Source of the DNA: Thalassobaculum sp.
GTDB lineage: Bacteria; Pseudomonadota; Alphaproteobacteria; Thalassobaculales; Thalassobaculaceae
Assembly: GCF_040219215.1 (NCBI RefSeq)
Contig: NZ_JAVJSX010000024.1
Span: 32,403 to 96,402 of the forward strand
Length of the DNA: 64,000 bases
Reading direction: 5' to 3'
Shown here: in pieces, positions 34,708 through 43,937 of the stretch
How the letters are laid out: each line of letters starts with the position of its first letter
Position numbering within the stretch: the first letter of the stretch is position 1
Made by a program: the position numbers and the translations under genes
Notes under the pieces: model-generated
What the model was told of the DNA's origin: nothing
The model's input: the letters and a program-made list of their open reading frames with translations, nothing else
The model's database searches: none

Positions 34708-35646
34708 ATGCCGCTCGGCACCCCGCCGCCAACCCCACCGGCCACCACCGGAACTCGCGATACAATCACCGCCTTCCTGTTCATGGGAGTGGCGATCACA
34801 GTGCTGCCGTTCATGAACGTGGCCGCCAAATTCCTGTCGACCGACTATCCGACCACGCAGATCCTGTGGGCGCGCTACACCGGGCACCTGGTGTTCATGC
34901 TGCTGATGTTCATGCCGCGCCACGGACTGAGCCTGCTGCGCGCCACCCGGCCGGGCGTGCACATCGTGCGGTCCCTGCTGATGTTCGTCTCCACGGTATG
35001 CTTTTTCACCGCGCTGCGCTGGATCCCGGTGCCGACCGCCAGCGCGATCAACTTCACCTCGCCGCTGATCGTGACGGCGCTGGCCGCACCGTTCCTGGGC
35101 GAGGCGGTAGGAGCTCGTCGCTGGGCGGCGGTAGCGGTCGGGTTCGCCGGGGCGATGATCATCATCCGGCCCGGTGATGGCGAGACGCACTGGGCCATGC
35201 TGCTGATCCTGGGAACCGCGTTCTCCTATGCCGTCTACCAGATCGTCACCCGCAAGACGTCGGCGGCCGACACACCCGAGACCTCGATCACCTACATTGC
35301 GATCGTCGGTGCCGTGCTGTCGTCAATTGCCGTGCCGTTCGAATGGGTGACGCCGCATTCGCTGATGGATGCCGGGCTGTTCTGCCTGCTGGGCATGATC
35401 GGCGGAGTCGGGCACTACTTCGTCATCCGCGCGTTCCAGCTCGGCGAAGCCTCGTTCCTGGCTCCGCTCAACTACGGCCAGTTGCTGATGGTGACGGTGC
35501 TGAGCTGGCTGGTGTTCGGCACGTTCCCGGATTTCTGGACCCTGGTGGGGTCGACCGTGATCGTCGGCAGCGGGCTGTACATCACCTACCGCGAAAGCCG
35601 GCGCCGGGTTGCCGTGACCCGCGATCAGCCGGCACCCGGCGACTGA
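34708..35646 (+). CDS. DMT family transporter (EamA-like)
   Basis: Internal ATG at 34708. About 10 TM helices with duplicated EamA-type repeats (...ILWARYTGHLVFMLLMF..., ...GHYFVIRAFQLGEASFLAPLNYGQLL...). Confidence 0.85.
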   Translation: MPLGTPPPTPPATTGTRDTITAFLFMGVAITVLPFMNVAAKFLSTDYPTTQILWARYTGHLVFMLLMFMPRHGLSLLRATRPGVHIVRSLLMFVSTVCFFTALRWIPVPTASAINFTSPLIVTALAAPFLGEAVGARRWAAVAVGFAGAMIIIRPGDGETHWAMLLILGTAFSYAVYQIVTRKTSAADTPETSITYIAIVGAVLSSIAVPFEWVTPHSLMDAGLFCLLGMIGGVGHYFVIRAFQLGEASFLAPLNYGQLLMVTVLSWLVFGTFPDFWTLVGSTVIVGSGLYITYRESRRRVAVTRDQPAPGD

Positions 35647-37457
35647 GCGGCCCAACCGGCGAGATCGGTGGCGACCCGCTGCAGCATCGGCTCCCACGGC
35701 TCCGGCTGGTTCTTGCGGTACGGCCGGACGGTCGGGAACCCGGGCAGGCGGTCGGTACCGAACTCCAGGAACATCGGCGTGTTGTACAGCAGCCAGACCG
35801 GCGTACCGACCGCGGCACCGACCCAGCCAAGGGTGCTCGACGGACAGACCACGGCGTCGAGTGCGGCGACTAGTGCGGTCACGCCATCCAGGTCCGCCGT
35901 CGTATCCAGGCCCGGAATTACGTTCACCGGCGCGTCGGTGGCGCGAAGCTCCGGCTCCCAGTCGCTGCCGTACTGCAGGCACACGAACTGGACCCCGGGC
36001 ACCCGCAGCAACGGCTCAAACGGCGCCAGCCCCGGATAGTGGGCGTTGCGGGTTTCGGTCAACCGCATGCTGCGCCACGAAAGACCGATCTTCAGTCCCG
36101 ACCCGAGTTGGTCGAGGGCTTCGCGCATCCGGGCAACCCGTACCGGATCGGGGGTCAGCCACGGCGTTCCCGCCGCGTCGAGCGACGCCACCGTGGGCCG
36201 GAACCAGCGCATCATCGCGCCAGCCTCGATCATCCGGTTCGGCATCAGTTCGCGGGGAATCCAGTCATAGCGCTGAATCGGCCTGATCCGGGTTCCGCCA
36301 CGCTCGTACGCATGAACGAACACTTCGGGAAACGACCGCCGGAACAGATCGACCAGCCGGGGATCGCACTCCAGGACCACGCGACCGGCCGCCCGGATCG
36401 CGTCCGGGATGCAGGATGCGAACAGCAACTCGTCGCCGACACCCTGGTCGGCCGTGACGAGCAGGGTCTTGCCCTCCAGCGAACCGCCGTCCCAGCGCGG
36501 CGGCGCTCCAATTCTTTTGACAGCGTCAGGCTTGCGCCACATCGCGTCGTGGTCGACCCAGCCGCGCTCCAGGTCGCCGGTGGCGAGCCGGTGCATGCCG
36601 AGCCGCAGTCGGAGATGCGGGTTTGCCGGGTCGAGTTCCACCGCCCGCTGCGACGCTTGGACCGCCGCCAACGCATCCCCGGCCACATACGCGGTCTCGG
36701 CCCGTCCGGCCCAGGCAGGTCCGTGCCTTGGCCGAATCTCCAGAGCGTGGCGAAAGCACCGCTCGGCCTGAACCACCTGCATCCGGCCCATCAGCAGGAA
36801 GCCCAGATCGCTCCATGCCTCCGGCAGGGCAGGATCGAGGAGCGTCGCCTGGACCAGATAACCCTTGGCCTCGCCATAGCGGTCACTCTCGACCAGGCAT
36901 GATCCGACGTTCAGCCTGCGCGCCGCCATGAGCGGCTGAACCGTCAATGCCCGACGGTGTGCCGCCATGGCCCGGTCAAGGTGGCCTGTCGCTCGCTCCA
37001 TCGCGCCAAGACTTGCCAATCCCTCATCGTGGGATGGCACCAGCAGGCACGCCCGCCGAAGCGACCGCCGTGCTTCCTGCTCTCGCGAAGACCACGGCAG
37101 CGAACCGCCCAGATTGGCGAGCGCGTCGGCATTCACCGGGTCCAACTGCAGCGCGGCACGGAAGCTCGCAACGGCTTTGGCATCCATGCCGAGCGCCCTG
37201 AAGACCATGCCGTGATTGTTGCGGTACGCGGGCGCGCTCGGATTCAGCCGGATCGCCTGCGACATGAACGCATCGGCCTTGAGATGATCGCCAAGCTGGT
37301 GCAGGACGAGGCCCAGCAGGTGCAGCCCATCGGGATGCTTCGGATTGGCCTGCAGCACCTGACCGTAGATCGCCGCCGCCTCGCGCAGCTTGCCGGCACG
37401 GTGCAGCGCCAGTCCGGACTCCAGCGACAGCCCGCCGAACCGCATCCGGCTAGCCAT
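35625..37457 (-). CDS. TPR-repeat protein with a C-terminal GT-B/heptosyltransferase-like domain (FlmG-like putative flagellin glycosyltransferase), paralog 1
   Basis: N-terminal half is TPR repeats (...GLALHRAGKLREAAAIYGQVLQANPKHPDGLHLLGLV...). C-terminal half ...GKTLLVTADQGVGDELLFASCIP...GLDTTADLDGVTALVAALDAVVCPSSTLGWVGAAVGTP.... Start candidates are 37472 (GTG), 37457 and 37445. Confidence 0.7.
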   Translation of the reverse strand: MASRMRFGGLSLESGLALHRAGKLREAAAIYGQVLQANPKHPDGLHLLGLVLHQLGDHLKADAFMSQAIRLNPSAPAYRNNHGMVFRALGMDAKAVASFRAALQLDPVNADALANLGGSLPWSSREQEARRSLRRACLLVPSHDEGLASLGAMERATGHLDRAMAAHRRALTVQPLMAARRLNVGSCLVESDRYGEAKGYLVQATLLDPALPEAWSDLGFLLMGRMQVVQAERCFRHALEIRPRHGPAWAGRAETAYVAGDALAAVQASQRAVELDPANPHLRLRLGMHRLATGDLERGWVDHDAMWRKPDAVKRIGAPPRWDGGSLEGKTLLVTADQGVGDELLFASCIPDAIRAAGRVVLECDPRLVDLFRRSFPEVFVHAYERGGTRIRPIQRYDWIPRELMPNRMIEAGAMMRWFRPTVASLDAAGTPWLTPDPVRVARMREALDQLGSGLKIGLSWRSMRLTETRNAHYPGLAPFEPLLRVPGVQFVCLQYGSDWEPELRATDAPVNVIPGLDTTADLDGVTALVAALDAVVCPSSTLGWVGAAVGTPVWLLYNTPMFLEFGTDRLPGFPTVRPYRKNQPEPWEPMLQRVATDLAGWAAQSPGAG

Positions 37458-38523
37458 CGAGGCCCGGCACACCGCCGTCGATCATGTCGGCCGCCAGCGG
37501 CTCCCCACGCTTCAGGTCGCGCACGGCCCGGCGCCCCAGCACGCTCTCGAGCCACTTGGGCGCCAAGCCCATGGCCGGCCGGATCGACCGCACCGCAGCC
37601 TCGGTCAGCACCTCGCCTGCCTTGACGTCGGCCACGACGTACAGCGAGCGACGAAACCTCAGCACGGTCATCTCCGACTCCTGCGGGCCATAGGCCGGCT
37701 GACCGATCGCCGCCTTGGCGATTCGGGCATCGAGCACCAGCCGCGCCAGTTCCATCGGCTCCAGCGAAAACGCGCTGTCCACGCCCCCGTCGGCGCGCGC
37801 CAGCGTGACATGCTTTTCGATCAGCGCCGCGCCCATGCCGACCGCCAGGGTGGCAATCGTGGTGTCCATGGTATGGTCCGACAAGCCGACGACGGTGCCC
37901 AGCCGTCGCTCCAGGTCCCGGATGGTCGACAGGTTCGTCTCGTCCGCCGGAGCCGGATAGGCGCTGACGCAGTGCAGGACCGCAATCTCGACGGCACCGG
38001 CATCGCGCGCGGCCGCGACCGCCTCCTCGGTCTCCTCGAACGTCGCCATGCCTGTTGAGATGATCATCGGCTTGCCGGTCCGGGCAACCCGGCGGATCAA
38101 CGGCAGGTCGACGATCTCCGGCGACGCGATCTTGTAGGCAGGGGCATCCAACGATTCGAGCAGCTCGACCGCTGTCGAGTCGAACGGCGCCGAGAACACC
38201 GTGATCCCGATCTCGCGAGCCCGCTCGAAGATCGGCGCGTGCCAGTCCCAGGGGGTGTGCGCCTCGTCATAGAGCTCGAACAGGCGCCGGCCGTCCCACA
38301 ACCCGCCGCGTACCAGGAACTCGGGCCCATCATGGTCGATCGTGATGGTGTCGGCCCGATACGTCTGCAGCTTGACGGCGTCGGCACCGGCCTCCTTGGC
38401 GACCTCGAGGATGCGAAACGCGCGCTCGATGTCACCGTTGTGATTGCCCGACATCTCCGCCACCACATAGGGCGGATGCTCGGCGCCGATTTTCCGTCCG
38501 GCGATGGTTATAGTGGGTGCCAT
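37450..38523 (-). CDS. pseI: Pseudaminic acid synthase (NeuB family with C-terminal SAF domain)
   Basis: ATG at 38523 gives MAPTITIAGRKIGAEHPPYVVAEMSGNHNGDIERAF...AVKLQTY...YKIASPE...LHCVSAYPAP...GLSDHT.... Pse versus Leg/Neu specificity is inferred from the neighbouring pseG/pseH-type genes. Confidence 0.8.
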   Translation of the reverse strand: MAPTITIAGRKIGAEHPPYVVAEMSGNHNGDIERAFRILEVAKEAGADAVKLQTYRADTITIDHDGPEFLVRGGLWDGRRLFELYDEAHTPWDWHAPIFERAREIGITVFSAPFDSTAVELLESLDAPAYKIASPEIVDLPLIRRVARTGKPMIISTGMATFEETEEAVAAARDAGAVEIAVLHCVSAYPAPADETNLSTIRDLERRLGTVVGLSDHTMDTTIATLAVGMGAALIEKHVTLARADGGVDSAFSLEPMELARLVLDARIAKAAIGQPAYGPQESEMTVLRFRRSLYVVADVKAGEVLTEAAVRSIRPAMGLAPKWLESVLGRRAVRDLKRGEPLAADMIDGGVPGLDG

Positions 38524-38536
38524 GATCGTTCCCGGC

Positions 38537-39631
38537 ATGGGTCGCGCGATGGATGAAGGTAACACCGGCTCCGGAACCGGCGAAGCGCCAAGGCTGCCTC
38601 CGCTGAACGGTGCACGCCTGACGGTCCGGGCCGACGCCAGCCCGGCCATCGGTACCGGACACGTGATGCGCGGCCTTGCCCTGGCGCTGGGATGGCTGCG
38701 CGCCGGTGGCACTGCCCGACTGGTCAGCCACCGGTTGCCGGACGGGCTGCGGCGGCGGGCCGAAGCCGGAGGGATCGCGGTGCTTCCTCTGCCGGATCCA
38801 AGGGAGACAGGTTGCCTCGACGGCAGCGATCTCATAGCGGTCGACGGCTGGACTTTTGACGAAGAGCTTCTGGCGACCATGGCTGCGAACCGTGCGCCGT
38901 TGCTGGTGGTCGACGACACAGCCAGCCGGCCGCGAATTCCTGGCGCGTTCGTCGTGAACCACAACGTCTACGCCGAGACCGCGGACTACGCGGGACGGAC
39001 CGACGCCACCGTACTGGCCGGGCCACGCTATGCCCTGCTGCGGCCAGAGTTCAGCCGCCCGGTGCCGGCGCGCACGCACCCGCCGGTCGTACGCCGCCTG
39101 CTGCTGCTGCTGGGCGGCGCCGATCCCGCTGGTGTCTCGATGACGGTTCTGGCCGCCGCCCGACAGGCCCAGGCAGCGGAATCGGGACTGGCCAAAGTCC
39201 GGCTGGTGGTCGGCGCCGCGAACCCGGCGCTTGCTCGCCTGCAGTCCGAGGTCGGCAAAGCACCGGGAATCGAGGTACTGCACGACGTCCAGGACATGGT
39301 CAGCCTGATGGATGACACCGACATGGTGGTATCCGCCAGCGGATCGACGGTACTGGAACTCGCCAGCCGCGGCGTGCCAATGCTGCTGGGAGCGCTGGTG
39401 CCGGAAGAGATCGCCCCGGCTCGCCGGATGGACGCGCAGGGCGCCGCGCAGATGCTCGGACCGTTCGCCGACCTCGACGTTGACCCTCTGGTTGCATCCA
39501 TCCTCGGCTTGGCGCGCGATCCGGCACGCCGCGCAGCGATGTCCCAGATCGCTGGATCACTGGTCGATGGGCACGGCGTGGCCCGCGTCATTGCCGCGGT
39601 AGCGCCATCGGTTCTGGCGCTTCGGCCCTAG
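38537..39631 (+). CDS. pseG: UDP-2,4-diacetamido-2,4,6-trideoxy-beta-L-altropyranose hydrolase (PseG-like)
   Basis: ...RLTVRADASPAIGTGHVMRGLALALGW... is the typical PseG N-terminal motif, with a GT-B fold-like C-terminal half. Start candidates are 38504, 38537 and 38549. Confidence 0.7.
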   Translation: MGRAMDEGNTGSGTGEAPRLPPLNGARLTVRADASPAIGTGHVMRGLALALGWLRAGGTARLVSHRLPDGLRRRAEAGGIAVLPLPDPRETGCLDGSDLIAVDGWTFDEELLATMAANRAPLLVVDDTASRPRIPGAFVVNHNVYAETADYAGRTDATVLAGPRYALLRPEFSRPVPARTHPPVVRRLLLLLGGADPAGVSMTVLAAARQAQAAESGLAKVRLVVGAANPALARLQSEVGKAPGIEVLHDVQDMVSLMDDTDMVVSASGSTVLELASRGVPMLLGALVPEEIAPARRMDAQGAAQMLGPFADLDVDPLVASILGLARDPARRAAMSQIAGSLVDGHGVARVIAAVAPSVLALRP

Positions 39632-39644
39632 CCTGCTGCGTCGG

Positions 39645-41474
39645 TCAGACGCGGCTCGACACCCGGTCCGACCACGCCCCGAGCTCCCGCGCGACCTGCG
39701 CTGTCATCGGCTGCCAGGGATCCGTCTGACGCTTGCTGAACGGCCGGATGGTCGGAAAGCCCGGCAGCCGCTTCAGCCCGAACTCCAGGAACACCGGCTC
39801 GTTCGACAGCAGCCAGACGGGAGCCCCGACCCCGGCGCCGATCCAGCCGATGGTGCTGGACGGACAGATCACGCCATCAAGGCTTGCGGCAAGTGCCGCC
39901 ACGCCCTCGATGTCCGCCGTGGTGTCGAGCCCGGGCACGACCGAGATCGGCGCCTCACTGGCACGCAGCTCGTCCTGCCAGCCGGTGCCGTATTGCAGAC
40001 AGACAAATGTGACGCCCGGCACCGCCAGGACCGGCGCAAGCGCCGCCAGCCCCGGATAGTGCACGTTGCGGGCTTCGGTCTGCCGCATGCTCCGCCAGGA
40101 AATGCCGATCTTCAGTCCCGGCCCAAGATCCGAGACGGCGGCGCGCATTGCCGCTGCCCGCACCGGGTCAGGCACCAGCCACGGGCCGCCGGCGGCGTCG
40201 CAGGCCTCGACCGAACCCCGGAACCAGCGCATCAACCCGCCTTCCTCGATCATGAGGTCCGGCGACAGGTCGGGCGGAATCCAGTCGTAGCTCTGGGTCG
40301 GCCGGGACCGGGTTCCACCCCGCACGTAGCGATGGACGAACACCCCGGGAAAGGACCGCCTGAACAAGGATTCAAGCCGCGGATCGCACTCCAGCACCAT
40401 GCGGTCAGCCGCCCGCACGGCGTCCGGGATGCAGCTTGAGAACAGCAGTTCGTCGCCGATACCCTGATCGGCCGCCACCAGCAATATCTTGCCGTCCAGT
40501 GCGTCGCCGGTCCACCGCGGCGGCGCCCCGATGCGCTGGACCGCGTTGGGCTTGCGCCACATCGCGTCATGGTCGGCCCATCCGCCCGCGAGATCGCCTG
40601 CGGCCAGCCGGTGAATGCCGCGCCTGAACTGCAGCTGCGGATTGCCGGGCTCCACCTCGACTGCTTGGTTCGCATGGCCGACCGCCGCATCGACATCCCC
40701 CTCGATTGCCGCAACCTCGGCTCGTCCAGCCCAGGCCGCCCCATAGGACGGACGAATCGCTGTCGCACACCGGAAGTTCCGATCCGCAGATGCGGTCTGC
40801 ACCTGCGTCAGAAGCAGGTAGCCAAGGTCGTTCCAAGCGCCCGCCAGCCCAGGGTCGAGCATCGCCGCGCGGATTAGATGCCTTCGCGCCGCGTCAAGTC
40901 GCTCGGCTTCCAACAGCGCCGACCCGGCTTGCAACCGCCACGCCGCGTTCAGAGGCTGCGCGGCCAGTGCCCTGCCCTGAGCGGCGATCGACCGTTCGAG
41001 TTGGCCGGCCATCCGCTCCAGCGCGCCGAGACTGGCCCAGCCTTCACCATGCGCCGGTTCCAGCAGGCAGGCCCAGCGCAGGTGGTGCCGGGCGTCGCGT
41101 TCGTGGCTCGACCACGGCAGGGCACTGCCGAGATTGGCCCGTGCATCGGCATAGAGCGGGTTCCACCGCAACGCCTCGCGGAAGTTCGCCAACGCGCGCT
41201 CATGCTGGCCGAGCGCCCGCAGGATCGTGCCGAAATTGTTGCGATACCCGGGAACCTTCGGATCAAGTCGGACCGCGGCGAACATCAGCGGTTCCGCGGC
41301 GGCATGGTCGCCCAACTGGTGCAGCGCAAGCGCCAGCCAATGCAGTGCAGCCGGCTGATGCTTATCGGCACGGAGCACCTGCGCGTAGACCGCCATCGCC
41401 TCGTGCAGCCGTCCGGCACGATGCAGCGCCAGTCCGGCCTCAACCGATGCGACACTCGATTCCGGTTCAGTCAT
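39645..41474 (-). CDS. TPR-repeat protein with a C-terminal GT-B/heptosyltransferase-like domain (FlmG-like), paralog 2
   Basis: 609 aa, colinear with paralog 1 and clearly similar along its full length (for example GKILLVAADQGIGDELLFSSCIP...GLDTTADIEGVAALAASLDGVICPSSTIGWIGAGVGAP). Confidence 0.7.
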   Translation of the reverse strand: MTEPESSVASVEAGLALHRAGRLHEAMAVYAQVLRADKHQPAALHWLALALHQLGDHAAAEPLMFAAVRLDPKVPGYRNNFGTILRALGQHERALANFREALRWNPLYADARANLGSALPWSSHERDARHHLRWACLLEPAHGEGWASLGALERMAGQLERSIAAQGRALAAQPLNAAWRLQAGSALLEAERLDAARRHLIRAAMLDPGLAGAWNDLGYLLLTQVQTASADRNFRCATAIRPSYGAAWAGRAEVAAIEGDVDAAVGHANQAVEVEPGNPQLQFRRGIHRLAAGDLAGGWADHDAMWRKPNAVQRIGAPPRWTGDALDGKILLVAADQGIGDELLFSSCIPDAVRAADRMVLECDPRLESLFRRSFPGVFVHRYVRGGTRSRPTQSYDWIPPDLSPDLMIEEGGLMRWFRGSVEACDAAGGPWLVPDPVRAAAMRAAVSDLGPGLKIGISWRSMRQTEARNVHYPGLAALAPVLAVPGVTFVCLQYGTGWQDELRASEAPISVVPGLDTTADIEGVAALAASLDGVICPSSTIGWIGAGVGAPVWLLSNEPVFLEFGLKRLPGFPTIRPFSKRQTDPWQPMTAQVARELGAWSDRVSSRV

Positions 41475-41937
41475 CGTCGATCAGCCGATAGACCAGCAGG
41501 CCGCGATCCTCGCCGGCGAGATGGAAACCGCAACGCTCGAACAGGCGGCGGCTCGCCATGTTCTCCACGCGTACCGCCGCCCGGACCACAGCATCCGGCC
41601 AGACGGCCCTGATCTCCAGGATGGCCGCACGGATCATGCCGCCGCTCTCTCCCCGACCGCGCATCGTCGGCGCCACAGTGATCGACAACTCCACCTCGGC
41701 CAACGCGGTGCGAACGGCCGAGACCGTACCGATCTTCTGGCCGCCGCGTTCGACGATCCAAAGCAGTCGATTCGCATCGTTCAACACCCCGTTGAGCCAG
41801 GATTCGTGAGAGGCCCGAGGGACCTCCGCGGTGTTGCGGGAGTTCGCCCGGGTATCGGGATCGTTGCGCCAAGCCAACAGGTCGGCCGAGTCGTCCCGGC
41901 ACGCCCGGCGCAGCGTGATCGTTGGCCTGTCCATCAT
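41467..41937 (-). CDS. pseH: GNAT N-acetyltransferase (PseH-like)
   Basis: 156 aa. ...LRRACRDDSADLLAWRNDPDTRANS...VAPTMRGRGESGGMI...ASRRLFERCGF.... Context is the pse cluster. Its stop overlaps the paralog-2 start by 8 nt. Confidence 0.65.
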   Translation of the reverse strand: MMDRPTITLRRACRDDSADLLAWRNDPDTRANSRNTAEVPRASHESWLNGVLNDANRLLWIVERGGQKIGTVSAVRTALAEVELSITVAPTMRGRGESGGMIRAAILEIRAVWPDAVVRAAVRVENMASRRLFERCGFHLAGEDRGLLVYRLIDDD

Positions 41938-42001
41938 GGCCGCAGCTTAGCGGCTTGCAGCCGGCGCCGCGACGATCCCATGCTACAAGCGAGTATCCCG
42001 C

Positions 42002-42793
42002 TTGGCAGGAGTGGTGGAACCGCCCGTGACCGTTGCCGCCGTGATCCAGGCCCGCATGACCTCGACCCGCCTGCCCGGCAAGGTGCTGCTGCCCGCCGCA
42101 GGACGAGAGATGCTGGCGCACCAGATCGACCGGGTCCGCCGCGCGCACTCGATCGACACGATCTGCATCGCGACTACGACCAATGCCACTGATGACGCGG
42201 TCTCCGAATTGGCCACTCGCGATGGAGTGGCAGTGTTTCGCGGCTCCGAACACGACGTGCTCGGCCGCTTCGTCGCGGCCGCTGAGCATGTCGGCGCCGA
42301 CACCGTGGTTAGGCTGACCGGCGACTGTCCGCTGACCGATCCGGCGTTGATCGACGCCGTGATGGCGGTATTCCGCTCCGCCGACCCGGCGGTCGACTAC
42401 GCCACCAACAGCGTGCCGCGCACCTGGCCGATCGGGCTCGACGTCGAGGTCGCCTCGATGGTGGCGCTCCGCCTTGCCGATCGCGAGACGGACGACCCCT
42501 ACGACCGCGAGCACGTCACCCCGTTCCTGTACCGCCAGCCCAAGCGGTTCCGGATCGGCCGTCATCTGGCACCGAGGGATCTGTCGGGCTACCGCTGGAC
42601 GCTGGACGAACGAGCGGACTACGACCTGCTGGTCCGGATCCTGGAGGCGCTGCTGCCGACCAAACCGGCGTTCGGCTGGCGTGACGTGATCGCGCTGCTG
42701 GACGAGCATCCTGACTGGCGGGAACTCAATGCCGGCGTCGGACAGAAGCAGCGACGCTATGAACAGCCGATTGCGGGAGACGCTGATGACTGA
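42002..42793 (+). CDS. pseF: Cytidylyltransferase (SpsF/PseF-like, CMP-sugar forming)
   Basis: ...AAVIQARMTSTRLPGKVLLPAAGREMLAHQIDRV... is typical of the SpsF/acylneuraminate cytidylyltransferase family. Start uncertain (TTG 42002, or GTG at 42011, 42014 or 42026). Confidence 0.7.
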   Translation: MAGVVEPPVTVAAVIQARMTSTRLPGKVLLPAAGREMLAHQIDRVRRAHSIDTICIATTTNATDDAVSELATRDGVAVFRGSEHDVLGRFVAAAEHVGADTVVRLTGDCPLTDPALIDAVMAVFRSADPAVDYATNSVPRTWPIGLDVEVASMVALRLADRETDDPYDREHVTPFLYRQPKRFRIGRHLAPRDLSGYRWTLDERADYDLLVRILEALLPTKPAFGWRDVIALLDEHPDWRELNAGVGQKQRRYEQPIAGDADD

Positions 42794-43412
42794 AGCCTGG
42801 AAGACCGAACAGGAGGCGTTCTGGAGCGGAACGTTCGGCAACGACTACGCCGACCGCAATCGCGGCGAGATGCTGGTTGCCGGGCGCAGCCACATGCTGT
42901 CGAACGCCCTGCGCCGGGCCGGGCCGGTCGCTTCCGCGATCGAGTTCGGGCCGAACATCGGCCTGAACCTGCTGGCGCTGCGCCGGCTGCTGCCGGCAAT
43001 CGAGCTTGCCGCCATCGAGATCAACGCCAAGGCGGTCGAGTCCCTGAAGCAGATCGATGGCTTAGCGGTCCATCACGGCTCGATCCTGGAGCGGCACGCC
43101 ACCCGGGCCTACGACCTCGCCTTCTGCTCCGGCGTCCTGATCCACATCAACCCCGACGCCCTGCCGGCCGTCTACGACAACCTGTACGCGGCCTCCGGGC
43201 GGCTGATCCTGATGGCCGAGTACTACAACCCGGCGCCGGTCGCGATCCCCTACCGCGGCCACAGCGACCGGCTGTTCAAGCGCGACTTCGCCGGTGAAAT
43301 TCTCGACCGTTTTCCGGATCTTCGCCTGGTCGACTACGGCTTCCAGTACCACCGCGATCCGAACTTCCCAGCCGACGACCTGACCTGGTTCCTGCTGGAA
43401 AAGCACGGCTGA
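42786..43412 (+). CDS. Pseudaminic acid biosynthesis-associated methylase (TIGR03587-like)
   Basis: The ATG at 42786 lies 5 nt before the pseF stop codon, giving an 8-nt overlap. MTEAWKTEQEAFWSGTFGNDYADRN...IEFGPNIGLNLLAL...FCSGVLIHINPD... is a class I SAM methyltransferase motif in a pse context. Confidence 0.7.
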   Translation: MTEAWKTEQEAFWSGTFGNDYADRNRGEMLVAGRSHMLSNALRRAGPVASAIEFGPNIGLNLLALRRLLPAIELAAIEINAKAVESLKQIDGLAVHHGSILERHATRAYDLAFCSGVLIHINPDALPAVYDNLYAASGRLILMAEYYNPAPVAIPYRGHSDRLFKRDFAGEILDRFPDLRLVDYGFQYHRDPNFPADDLTWFLLEKHG

Positions 43413-43918
43413 TGGCTTTCTCGCCCACGGCCGGACCCGATCCGGATTTCGACCCCGCCAATCACGCCATGACCCCGCAACGCTGGTTCGAGGACTTCAC
43501 CGTCGGCGAGCGCTATGTTCTGCCGAGCCGCACCATCACCGAAGCGAACTTCGCGGCGTTCCAGGCGGTGTCCGGCGACAACCACCCGATCCACTACGAC
43601 GCCGAGTTCTGCCGGGTGCGCGGCCTGCCGGGCCTGCTGGCGCATGGCCTGCAGGTGCTGTGCTTCACCGCGGCCGGCGCCGGACGGTTCCCGCACGAGG
43701 TCTCCGACTCGCTGATCGGCTTCCTGGAGCAGTCGTCGAAATTCCTTCGCCCGGTGATCGCCGGCGACACCCTGTATCCAGCCCTTCAGATCGCCGAACT
43801 GATCGCGCAGCGTACGACCGGCGTGCTGGTCATGGGCACCACCATCCACAACCAGAAGCGCGAACTGGTGCTGAGCGGCGAGCACCGCTACCTGATCCGC
43901 AAGCGCCCCACCGCGTAA
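43412..43918 (+). CDS. MaoC family dehydratase (hotdog fold)
   Basis: ...FEDFTVGERYVLPSRTITEANFAAFQAVSGDNHPIHYDAEF.... The start may instead be the ATG at 43469. Confidence 0.8.
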   Translation: MAFSPTAGPDPDFDPANHAMTPQRWFEDFTVGERYVLPSRTITEANFAAFQAVSGDNHPIHYDAEFCRVRGLPGLLAHGLQVLCFTAAGAGRFPHEVSDSLIGFLEQSSKFLRPVIAGDTLYPALQIAELIAQRTTGVLVMGTTIHNQKRELVLSGEHRYLIRKRPTA

Positions 43919-43937
43919 CGGCGCGAGCGCTGTCCGG

